A DNA stretch of 63,981 nt, filler included, from Octopus bimaculoides (lineage: Eukaryota): the NCBI RefSeq assembly GCF_001194135.2. It is 8 parts of 8 records of this genome, joined end to end, with 100 filler letters (N's around TTAATTAATTAA, not from the genome) between each part and the next. Parts side by side here need not be neighbours in the genome. Positions count along the whole stretch, not along the records: positions 42,421 to 56,162 come from NC_068983.1; positions 56,263 to 57,851 come from NW_026296419.1; positions 57,952 to 61,011 come from NC_068991.1; positions 61,112 to 62,502 come from NC_069007.1; 4 more parts are not named here. One strand, 5' to 3'. Below the pieces are notes generated by a model. The model was not told the origin of the DNA and did no database searches. It saw nothing but the letters and a program-made list of their open reading frames with translations. Below, in pieces: positions 51,722-62,356 of this stretch; the stretch's first letter is position 1; each line of letters starts with the position of its first letter. A program made the translations under genes and the position numbers.

Positions 51722-51880
51722 CACGACGAGCTTCTTTCAGTTTCTATCTACCAAATCCACTCACAAGGATTTGGACGACCTGGGGCTATAGCAGAAAACG
51801 TTTGCCGAATGTGCCATGTAGTGGAACTGAACCCCAAATTGTATATTTGACAAACTTCTAACCACATAACGACGCCTATT
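51722..51880 (-). mobile_element. Family-B SINE 5' half (diverged)
   Basis: CTTCTTTCAGTTTCTATCTACCAAATCCACTCACAAGG. Confidence 0.78.
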
Positions 51881-52267
51881 TACTTCCCGATTTATTCATT
51901 TTCTTTTTTTCACTGTTTAGTCAAGGTTTTTATTTTTATTTTCGGAGCTTCTGAGACTTGTAGAAGGGAAGAAAGTTGTCTTCAAGCCGAATGCTTGCAA
52001 CAAAATTAACCGCACCAAAAGCAACCAAGAACCAGGTGGTTGGCAATGATCCTTCTAATTCTTTTCTTTCTTTCTTTCTTTTTTGTTGATGCGAATGTGC
52101 GTAGAAATTTACTTGTGTGCAAATTTTATCTTAGTTTGCAAAGCATGTGCTCATCCATGCCAGAAGCCATCATTCAAATGTTATATTGACCATCTAAACA
52201 AATGCTCGGCATTTTTCAGTGTGCATCATAAGTGTGTTTTGGTTCTGTTATTACGAAATTATAAGAT

Positions 52268-52390
52268 AAGGCAGCGAGCTGGCGGAGTCATTAGCACGCC
52301 AGGCAAAATGCTTAGCGGCATTTCGTCCGTCTTTACGTTCTGAGTTCAAATTCCGCCGGAGTCGAATTTGCTTTTCATCCTTTCGGGATT
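52268..52390 (+). mobile_element. Family-A SINE 5' part
   Basis: TAAGGCAGCGAGCTGGCGGAGTCATTAGCACGCC...GAGTTCAAATTCCGCC. Confidence 0.85.
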
Positions 52391-52829
52391 ATGAAATTAT
52401 GAGATAAATTTCATCAGTTAAAACAATTCGATTTTATCTTCAAAACCTTATGTGCGTACATTTTTTCCCCTTTGTGTGCACACTTTTCCTTTGTGCGCTG
52501 GTTATAAATCGTATACGTGCGCACAAGTTAGAACACTTGGTTTGGGTTAAATTGGGCAACGGTTTAAGCCTGTCACCAAAGAACGCAAAGAGTCAAAACA
52601 AATACTTAAACGCATCTCATCTACCAATCCAAGCCTTGGACTTAATTCATCGATTTCAAAGGGGAGGAAATAAACGTTGTCTCCAGCGGGATTTGAACAC
52701 AGAATACTGCGAAGAAGTTTGCCTTATGCTTTAACAACCCTACTAATTCGCTGCCAAAGCGTTTTCTTGTTCACCGCATTAAGTGTGTTGGTGCTGAATC
52801 AACTACATCAATTATATAGATTCTCGAAT

Positions 52830-53010
52830 GACGGCAAGCTAGCAGAACCGTAGGTCGTCGCAGAAAAATTTCCAGTTTTGCGTTCTGAGTTCAAAGTCCA
52901 TCAAGGTCGACTTTGCTTTTCAGCATTTTGCAGTCGATATAAGAAGTATCAGTCAAGTACTGAGTCCTCCCTCAAAATTTCAGGTTTTATGCCAATAATA
53001 GAAAGGATTA
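52830..53010 (+). mobile_element. Degraded family-A SINE
   Basis: GCGTTCTGAGTTCAAAGTCC...GGTCGACTTTGCTTTTCAGC. Confidence 0.65.
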
Positions 53011-53519
53011 TAAAGCAATATGTGTGTTGAGAGAAAACAGTACTCGAATCTTTTCAGTTTAGCTGCCAATTTAAAGTTTATTGAAAATTTTAAAATGTGG
53101 TACAATAATGTAGTTTTCTAAGCTGAATCTCAGGAGATCTTTCTCGGGAATTCATACGATTATGCAAAAACCAAAACCAAAAATTTTGGAGGTGTGTGAT
53201 TTAAAAGCTATTTAGCTATTATTTTTCGCACATCTCACCACCACCTCAATGAATAGAATATATATTGTCAACACGTGCTTTCTCACAGACAAAAGAGTTT
53301 TCATGTTTGGCTTGGTACTATGGAAAGAGGAATGAATGTGTCTGTGGCATACGATTGGCTAAAATTACCCAAATTTTGCAAACTTTAAAAGCTATCAACG
53401 CTTTATTTATTGATCTATGGCGAAAATGAATTTCAAGGCATTGATTAGCATATAAAACTATATCATTACACCGAATATGAAATCAATTCGAACAAATTTA
53501 TTATTACTAATAATCTAAT

Positions 53520-53754
53520 TGTATATTTGTATGTATTTACTAAAGTTTCTAGAGATAATATAATATAGATTTCCATTAGTTTAGAATTTATTACCAGTGT
53601 TCAATAATTTATATTACTTGATTGTTTATAATTAATAATATTATTAGGGTTTTCTCCCTTAGACGGACTATTATTCAGGAGGAATTTTGAATATGGAACA
53701 GCCTTAGAGATTATAAATCTTTTTTGGTGTTCACTTTTTACCCTGAGGATGTGT
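53520..53754 (+). mobile_element. PLE terminal-repeat fragment (HHR family 3) cut by a gap; begins an HHR core
   Basis: Collinear with 57175-57406; CTGAGGA at 53743-53749 followed by TGTGT and then Ns. Confidence 0.65.
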
Positions 53755-54003
53755 NNNNNNNNNNNNNNNNNNNNNNNNNNNNNNNNNNNNNNNNNNNNNN
53801 NNNNNNNNNNNNNNNNNNNNNNNNNNNNNNNNNNNNNNNNNNNNNNNNNNNNNNNNNNNNNNNNNNNNNNNNNNNNNNNNNNNNNNNNNNNNNNNNNNNN
53901 NNNNNNNNNNNNNNNNNNNNNNNNNNNNNNNNNNNNNNNNNNNNNNNNNNNNNNNNNNNNNNNNNNNNNNNNNNNNNNATATATATATATATATAGGCTA
54001 TTA

Positions 54004-54390
54004 GGCGCAAGAGTGGTTGTGTGGTAAGTAGCTTGCTTACCAACCACATGATTCCGGGTTCAGTCCCACTGCGTGACACCTTGGGCAAGTGTCTTCTACT
54101 ATAGCCTCGGGCCGACCAAAGCCTTGTGATTGGATCTAGTACATGAAAACTGAAAGAAGCCCGTTGCATATATATATGTGTGTGTCTGTATGCGTGTGTG
54201 TTTGTCCTCCCACCATCTCTTGACAACTGATATTGGTGCGTTCAAGTCCCCATAGCGGTTCGGAAAAACAGACCGACAGAATAAGTACTAGGCTTACAAA
54301 AGATAAGTCCTGGGTCGATTTGTTCGACTAAATGCGGTGCTCCAGCATGGCCGCAGTCAAATGACTGAAACAAATAAAAGAAGAAAAGAA
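54004..54390 (+). mobile_element. Family-B SINE, near full length
   Basis: Collinear with 22483-22885. Confidence 0.9.
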
Positions 54391-54929
54391 TATATGAACG
54401 TATCACTGGTCTTTCTTGAGCCATAAAGCTTATAAGGCCGTTTCCCTGAAATCTGTAGCGTATATAATCTGCCTGGATACGACGCCAGTCCGTCGCAGGA
54501 TTACTAATTCTTGCCATCTGAGTGGACAGAAGTAAAATAAATGAGATATTTTGTTCAAGAACATAGCGCGACGCCCAATCCAGCCAAGTATTGAAACCAC
54601 AATCTTACGATCATGACTGCAACACACCCAACCTCTAAGCCAAACTCTACCACAAACAAACACACACACACACACACACATACACATTTTTATCTATAGA
54701 TACAATATATGTGTGTATTTAGAATCATACGTAGATGCATAGTCATCTTGCAGGCGCGTGTGTTTACATGGATTTATGAAAAATTAATGTGTAAGTATTC
54801 ATTTGAAGGTTAAAAATAAAAAATTAAATTAAAAAACTGGAAATATCCTTGGTGAGGAAATTCCTACTCATCATCATAATTGTTAATCCTCATCACTTCT
54901 CACTATCATCAAACAAGCCAACTCTTATG

Positions 54930-54981
<52 letters not shown>

Positions 54982-55123
54982 CGTGGAAATGGGACAGTAG
55001 AGTTGAACTTCGAACGTTAGCGATTGGTTGAATTTTTGGGGAACGCTGCGACGATTGCCATTTATTGGAGGTCAGGAAGAGATTGTAATATCTCTTGTGC
55101 TTTAAGAGTTCAACTCCGTAGTT

Positions 55124-55137
55124 GGGCAAGCAGTGGT

Positions 55138-55170
<33 letters not shown>

Positions 55171-55264
55171 GAAGAGAGGACAGAAACAAAAAGAGAGAGT
55201 GAGATTGAGAGATTGTGAAATAAGGTGGTTTTGGAATAGATTATAAAAACATTAGTGAGAGAGA

Positions 55265-55296
<32 letters not shown>

Positions 55297-55770
55297 GAGA
55301 GGGAGAGAGAGAGAGAGGGAGAGAGAGAGAAAAGAAACTTCAAAATGTGGTGAAAGCGAGAAAAATACAGAGGGATCTGCACAGAGAGAGAGAGAGGGGG
55401 GGAGCAGACAGACAGAAAAATGTGTCATAAACAAATAAATACATAGACGTCTAAGCGAACTACTGGGGCAAGCAGTGGTAGTCGTAGCAGCGGAACGTGG
55501 GAAGTTACAAAATAAGGGAGAGATAGAGATAGAGAGAGATAGTGAGCCTAGGAAAGGGTATGTGTGAGAGACAGATATTGAAAGAGAGAGGGGGAGGGGG
55601 AGAAAACAATGTGTCATAAACAAACACATAGAATACACACACTTCTTTGCAAAGGGGCAAGCAGTGGTAGCCGCGAGAGGGAATTAAAAAAAAAAAAGGG
55701 GGATAGAAAGAGAGACGAGGACGAGGACAAGTGAGAAGGAAAGGGACGAGAGACCAATGTGTCACACTTT
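55124..55770 (+). repeat. GA-rich degenerate tandem repeat with recurring 15-17-bp motifs
   Basis: GGGCAAGCAGTGGTA at 55124, 55466 and 55655; AATGTGTCATAAACAAA at 55419 and 55608 (both pairs 189 bp apart). Confidence 0.75.
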
Positions 55771-55859
55771 CACTAGCACACATATACACACGCATATGCA
55801 TACATATACACACTCGCTTACACATACAGATACGCGCATACACACGCACACAAGGCAAA

Positions 55860-55930
55860 GGATCCAGCGGAAGTTGCCGCATCGACACAGCAGAGAGAGA
55901 GAGAAAGAGAGGATAAACAGGGTGAGTCGT
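55860..55930 (+). promoter_or_regulatory. Possible promoter/first-exon signature
   Basis: Locally CpG-rich; ETS-like GCGGAAGT at about 55867-55874; donor-like G|GTGAGT at 55921-55927. Motif-level evidence only. Confidence 0.2.
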
Positions 55931-56440
55931 CTGCATGTGTCAACCGACGTTAACCGAGCGAGCGAGCACACGCACACACGCGCACACATACACAAACATC
56001 GAAGCACAGCCTCACTCTCTCTCTCTCTCTCTCTCTTTCTTCACACACACACGCATACACACATGCACACAGTCTAGCAGAGCCCATTCCAGTGCACTGA
56101 CTGAATCCCGGTACATTACGTATCGATCCAGTCGTTTCTCTTGATAAAGATGATCATGATTCNNNNNNNNNNNNNNNNNNNNNNNNNNNNNNNNNNNNNN
56201 NNNNNNTTAATTAATTAANNNNNNNNNNNNNNNNNNNNNNNNNNNNNNNNNNNNNNNNNNNNTAAGCTAAGAGGAAATAAGGAAAATAAACCCAGAGATA
56301 TTCATAAACGTATCATAGGTAATTAAAAATTTTTTAAGAATTATACTAGCGACTGTGATAACACTAAATATGATAATATATGGTTCATAGTCCCTTTTGG
56401 TAGAAATGTTAAATCTAATTTAATTGCACAGTTTAGAGAG

Positions 56441-57480
56441 GTGATAAGTAGATATTTCCCAAAGAATTCACACTATGGTAAAATTATTAATACACATAGC
56501 ATTAGGTTTGGTTTCTCAAACAGTATGAACTTAGCCCAAATAATTGCAGTTCATAATTTTAAAATACTTAAATCAAAGGGAATTGGGGAGGATGAGAACC
56601 CTGATATAAATAATAATAATAATAATCATACTATGATTACAGTAACAGAGGTTAACCCCAGAAGATTGAAGTTTGAAGGCCCAAATGTGAGAATGAACAA
56701 TGTAGTTCATCAATGTAAGGTAAAGACTCAGACAGATGTTAGACTATACTTGGGTTGTTCTTTGGGACAAATCTGTAAAAGAATATCTAATCATTATAGT
56801 GCCTTTAGAGATAGAAGTAAAATAGCGAGTACTAGTCTTAGTAAATTCATTTGGGAACTGAAGGAACAAAAAAACAATATTCGTTAGAATGGTCAATTAT
56901 TGGGAAACCTTTCCCTTATGACAACAGTAAGAGATATTGCTTGCTGTATAATCTAGAATTATATTTTATATTATTCTCTAAGGGTAAGTTAATAAATGAA
57001 CTTACATATAATGCTTTCAGATGTAGCCATTATCCTAGACATATTTTTCTGGTTTAAATAAATTATAAATTTCAGTATGATTGGGTATTTTAGTATATTT
57101 TAGTATATTATAGTATAATATTAGGTTTAAAGGCAGGGTATATTAATGTATAATTTACCAATAACATGAAAATTGTATGTGTTTATTTGCTAAAGTTTCT
57201 AGAGATAATATAATAGAGATTTCCATTGGTTTAGAATTTATAACCAGGAATCAATAATTTGTAATATTTGATTGTTTATAATTAATAATATTATGAGGGT
57301 TTTCTCCCTTAGACGAACATTTACTTAAAGAGAAATTTGAATATAAACCAGACTTAGAGATTATGTTTTTGGTGTTTACTCTTTACTGTTTACCATGAGG
57401 ATGTGTAAGGTAATTTACTTATTTAACTTGAATTGACAGTTAAATATAACCTTATACAGAAATGTTGGCATAGGAAATAA
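56441..57480 (+). mobile_element. Penelope-like element 3' portion: GIY-YIG endonuclease remnant followed by terminal repeat
   Basis: VVHQCKV...LYLGCSLGQICKRISNH...SLSKFIWELKEQ...WSII..PFPYDNSKRYCLL..LE matches PLE GIY-YIG C-terminal motifs; disrupted by a stop at 56885-56887. Confidence 0.8.
57390..57472 (+). ncRNA. Decayed type I hammerhead (family 3)
   Basis: ATGAGGA 57395-57401 (C3>A relative to the 53743 copy); 10-bp stem II TGTGTAAGGT/ACCTTATACA; GAAA 57459-57462; AATGTT (AACGTT with a CpG transition); stem I CC/GG. Confidence 0.55.
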
Positions 57481-57526
57481 ACTTCAATAATAATGGATAT
57501 TAGCGTCAAAACTCTCATTTAAATTT

Positions 57527-57851
57527 TTGTTATATATGTATATGCATATATATATGCATATATATATGCATATATATATAAATATAAAGCATATATATAT
57601 GTATATATTATATGCATATATATATATGCATATATGTATATATATATGCATATATTTATATACATATGCATATATTTATATACATATGCATATATTTATA
57701 TACATATGCATATATACACATGCATATATATATATGTGTATATATATATATAAATATATATATATGCATATATACATACATATGTATATACTATATGCAT
57801 ATATATATATGCATATATGTATATATATATGCATAAATATATATATATATA
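57527..57851 (+). repeat. (TA)-derived minisatellite with 10- and 22-bp periods
   Basis: E.g. CATATATTTATATACATATG repeated at a 22-bp period. Confidence 0.9.
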
Positions 57852-58249
57852 NNNNNNNNNNNNNNNNNNNNNNNNNNNNNNNNNNNNNNNNNNNNTTAAT
57901 TAATTAANNNNNNNNNNNNNNNNNNNNNNNNNNNNNNNNNNNNNNNNNNNNATATATATATATATATAGTTAAAAAGATAAGAAAGATAAAAAAAATTAA
58001 AAGATAAAAGCATTAAAAATTAAAAACTAATAATTAAAAAGATTACTGCAGCTTCTAACATACTTATGCTGATAGAAAAAACCTACGTATATTGTAACAA
58101 CCATGGATGTATATAGGCGAGTGTTATGTGTGTTGATTTTGCTTACATTTGGACCTGTGGAAGAATCTAAAGGTACGATAGAACTGATGTTTACATATAG
58201 AGAATGCTTCGTGCTGTCTATTGAGTAATTGTGGTGAGTCATGAATTAA

Positions 58250-59075
58250 TATTTGGAGAACTTCCTTCAGGTAGAGTCCAAATGCGGAGCGCTGGCCTTG
58301 GTATGGGACCCCAGAACCTAGAATTCATCTATTTAATTAATAGCCATAAATGCCTTCTTCCTCAACTTTACCAAAACCTTAACCCCTGACCTCTCACCCC
58401 GAAACCTACCCAAACAAGGAATAATACTGAAATCTTACCCTTATCTTATTTTTAAATTAAAAAAAAAAATTTTACTTTCGCTCTCATTCAATCTTTCCCG
58501 CACCTATCCCGTTCCTTTGTTTCCTTTTCTTTCCTCTATTCACTCACAACCCCTATCTGTCTATCATAATGTCTGTCTCTCTCACACTATACACCACGTG
58601 GACTATTTTCATACTAGCTAACCACTTAATCTGTCCCTTTGATATGAACGCGACATCCAAAATACTGCCAAAATATTGCATGGAATTACCTGAGATTATA
58701 CTTACGGACCTATACCTTCACGAAAGTACGGACAAACCTGCATACCCTCTAGAAGAAGATGAGCTGCGAACTTTATTCTCCTGTCTGCATTCTTCTGTCT
58801 ACTGTTTTAGTCTTTATTCTTCTATCTACTATTTTATTCCTTTATACACTGTGAATTCTCTGTCTAGAACTTGCCTACATACTCACCTTGTCTCTGATGA
58901 TGGAATACTCAGGGTATGGAGTAGCTTGGGATATCCCAAGAAACACTTGGATATCCCAGAAACAGCTGTAAGATATTCAATAATCAATTACTTTAAATTC
59001 ACCTTACTCTAATTAAACATTCTAAATGACTTGAGATACTCGTCCCGCTTTGATTTTGTTGTCCTTTTTCTTATA
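58250..59075 (+). mobile_element. PLE terminal-repeat remnant, HHR family 1
   Basis: Same layout and HHR as 330-1076; boundaries approximate. Confidence 0.55.
58889..58975 (+). ncRNA. Type I hammerhead motif with perfect palindromic stem III and expanded loop II
   Basis: Stem I TGTCT/AGATA; CTGATGA 58894-58900; stem II TGGAATA/TATCCCA; GAAA 58959-58962; ACAGCTGT 58962-58969; GUA cleavage predicted after 58970. Confidence 0.68.
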
Positions 59076-59114
59076 TATACCTGCTAACTCAGAAGCCTAC
59101 TACGGATCCCTAGC

Positions 59115-59211
59115 TCCAGCCACAGCTGAGAACTTGGAACCTAAGGGATTACCAATTATAGCACTTGCACAGCGTACCTATTCGTTTATATCACCAGTGG
59201 ACTAAATCCTT

Positions 59212-59215
<4 letters not shown>
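59115..59215 (-). repeat. Unclassified interspersed repeat (second copy at about 61965-62060, opposite strand)
   Basis: GGATTTAGT.CAC.GGTGAT.TAAACGAATAGGTACGCT is shared between the two loci. Confidence 0.7.
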
Positions 59216-59244
<29 letters not shown>

Positions 59245-59245
<1 letters not shown>

Positions 59246-59592
59246 TAATCGGAATGTACAATATTATATATCCATCAGGGCCAATCTTTCCAATCGGTTT
59301 CGCTCTTGGGATTCAACCGTGTGTTAGGTAACAGTTCAATTATGTAACACTGCACTCATCAGAGGTAGCCGTTATGGAATCTTTTCTTCTTTTTTGTTCT
59401 CCAGCAGCAGCTACGCATAGAGATCGTTCGAGAGAGTTGGGATATTCTTTGTTGAATATCCTAGTCATACAATTCTAATTCCTCTGATGAGCGTATAGTT
59501 ACATAATCAGACTGTTACCTAACATTCCGTTGAATCCCTAGAGTAAAACTGACTGGTAAGATCGGCGGCTGTAATGTATACACTTTGATCAA
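59245..59592. mobile_element. Fold-back element with ~120-bp inverted arms embedded in (TA)n
   Basis: Blocks CCTCTGATGAG, GTTACATAAT, ACTGTTACCTAACA and GTTGAATCCC occur in both arms in opposite orientation. Confidence 0.75.
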
Positions 59593-59680
59593 TATATATA
59601 TATATATATATATATATANNNNNNNNNNNNNNNNNNNNNNNNNNNNNNNNNNNNNNNNNNNNNNNNNNNNNNNNNNNNNN

Positions 59681-59983
59681 CCGAAAGGCTTTGCGAGATA
59701 CGGAGAGAAAGCTGCTACTATAGAAGGCTTATAGTATAATTGATGGGTGAGCGTTTGGCCAATCATATTCGCAAGAAGCCATGAAAGCATCGATTTGTGG
59801 GTTCGGTTAAGCCTGAAGTTAGCTCATCATTTTCCAGTCATTTGTTTATATTTAAAAATTGTCACTTCAAAATCGGAGAATAAATATCATTATGATATAT
59901 ATTGTATACAGTTATTATACAATTATTATACTATGAGCCTTCCATAGTAGCTCTCTCTCTTTGTAACTTGCAAAGCCTTTCGG
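59681..59983. mobile_element. MITE-like element with ~60-bp TIRs; its interior is duplicated at 60061-60210
   Basis: CCGAAAGGCTTTGC...GCTACTAT.GAAGGCT.ATAGTATAAT pairs with 59925-59983; the left end abuts a gap. Confidence 0.75.
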
Positions 59984-61684
59984 GTTTGTTTATAAAAATA
60001 TTATCTATGCAGTATTAAGACAGTTTAAGTATATATTAACTAAATTTGACTGAAACTGCTGGGTGAGCGTTTGGCCAACCAGATTCTCAAGAACCATGAA
60101 AGCGTTGATTTATGAGTTCGATTCAACCTGAGGTTAGCTCATCCGTTTTCGGTCATTTGTTTGTATTTAAAAATTGTCGATTCAAGATCAGAAAATAAAT
60201 ATCATTATGATGATATGTGAGTATATATTTATTTATCTCGTATCTTCATTTTATTATGTTAATATCAGTTTCTTGAGTTCTCCATTTTGTAGTGCATTAA
60301 AATATTTGCCATTAAAACTATCCAAAGAACTTGCCATTGGTGTCTGTAAAAGTGTTGTTTAAGCTGTCACCAGTCAACTACACACCAAACCAACCATATT
60401 TGATTCTTTCTATTTCTCTTCCAATAAAGAAAATTTAATCTTTTTTTAAACTTAATGTTCCTTCTTTACATTCCGCAAGAATGTTTTAAGTTTGCAGGTG
60501 ATTAAATTTTAAATGCTGTTATCTCAGTAAAAAAAAAAAAAATTACTCTCGCAGATTGTAACTGTTTTTTTTTAAAGAAAGAAAAAAACAATTAAATTTA
60601 AAGGAGAAAACCCGAAATTCATTTGTAAGAATTATCGATTAGATATAAAATAGTTTTACGGCTATATCCAGTATTCATACAGCTTGTTTTGTGCATTCAT
60701 TTATTCCAGGTGATATGTTTAGTGTTAAAAATACTGCTTTACTTGCATAAGATCTCTAAGTGGTCACTTTACCTACTAGAAAAAAGCAGCTAATTCTCTC
60801 TCAAATCACGGCTTTTTTTTTTAAAGAACACATTGAATAATGTAATTGTAGGTGCAAATGTTTGAAAAATACAATGAGATATAAAATGCTGAAATGCTTA
60901 GTCAATCAGGGCTGATCTGGAGCTAAACAACAGCAAGAACAACAACGGTGTTATATAAACAATTTTTTTTATTCAACGGATAATTTCAGCAAATGAAAAA
61001 AGAAACCTTTTNNNNNNNNNNNNNNNNNNNNNNNNNNNNNNNNNNNNNNNNNNNNTTAATTAATTAANNNNNNNNNNNNNNNNNNNNNNNNNNNNNNNNN
61101 NNNNNNNNNNNTGGTGGTGGTGGTGGTGGTGGTGGTTATGGTAATGACAATGATGATGATGATGAAGATGATGACGGAGTATTTGGCATTCGTTTAATAT
61201 AAATATGGAGGTTATAATATAATACAGCGTCGTCGACGTTGACCGAAGGGGGGGGAGGAAGAAGAGGAGGGGAGGAGGAAGAGGAGGAGGAGAAGAAGAA
61301 GAAGAAGAAGAAGAAGAAGAAGAAGGCAGGATGCAATGGAAACTTTCTACTGAGAAACATTGAGAGAAAGAGGGTTGGACAGCAAAACATTGTATAGCGT
61401 TTATGATGATGATGATGATGATTGTTGTTGAATGATCTGAGATTAATGATTGCTTTAGTGGTAGACTGGACGCCGGCAACATTTGAACTCGGATCGTAAG
61501 CTAATCATTTCGTCCTCTGTGCAGACGATTCCGCCAGAATTGTTTCGTTGTGGTTTAAACGTTGAAAACGTCCCACAGTCTCTTTGCTGAGTTTATCCGT
61601 TTGTGATGTAAGTTGAGCTTAAACAACCCGAGGATGGAGGTCGGAAGCTGAACACAATCAAATGGTTCTTCCCTGTTCTTTCAA

Positions 61685-62180
61685 TCTTCTATTTCTTTTA
61701 CTTGCTTCGCTCATTTGGCTGCGGCCATGCTGGAGCACCGCCTTTAGTCGAGCAAATCGACTAGTACTAGTTTTATTAAGCCTAGTACTAATTTTATCGA
61801 TCTCTTTTGCGGAACCGCTAAGTTACGGGGACATAAACACACCAGCATCGGTTGTCAGCTGATGGGGAAGGGGACAAACAGGCACACAAATACATGCATC
61901 CATATATATATATGTGTGTATGTGTGTGTGCGTGTGTGTGTATGAATGTATGTATGTATATATACAAAGCATGGGGATTTAGTTCACAGGTGATCTAAAC
62001 GAATAGGTACGCTTGGTAAGTGCTGTAACGGATTACTAGGGCTCCAAGGTTACAGCCGAGACGGGCTTCTTTCTGTTTCCGTCTATCAAATCCACTCACA
62101 AGGCTTTGGTCGGCCCAAGGCTATAGTAGAAGTCACTTGCCCAAGGTGCCACGCAGTGGGACTGAACCCAGAACCGTGTG
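61685..62180 (-). mobile_element. Family-B SINE, near full length, with another repeat inside its microsatellite
   Basis: 3' half 61685-61880 and 5' half 62065-62180. Confidence 0.85.
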
Positions 62181-62187
62181 GGTTCTC

Positions 62188-62222
<35 letters not shown>

Positions 62223-62308
62223 GTCTGTCTGTCTGTCTGTCTCTAGATAGAAAAACATGCAGGTAAATAGACGGACGAACAGACAGACAGATAGCTAGAT
62301 GGCTAATT

Positions 62309-62356
62309 ACTGGTACTCCGTCGGTTACCACGAGTGTTCCAGCTGATCCGATCAAA
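62309..62356 (-). mobile_element. Family-C SINE tail fragment
   Basis: GGTACTCCGTCGGTTACCACGAGTGTTCCAGCTGATCCGATCAA is the reverse complement of the family-C end. Confidence 0.7.

Noticed and set aside
59272-59362. TGATGA...CTGA pair on the minus strand, like a C/D-box snoRNA
   Set aside because: No terminal stem; box D is not kept in the inverted twin arm; better explained as a repeat arm.
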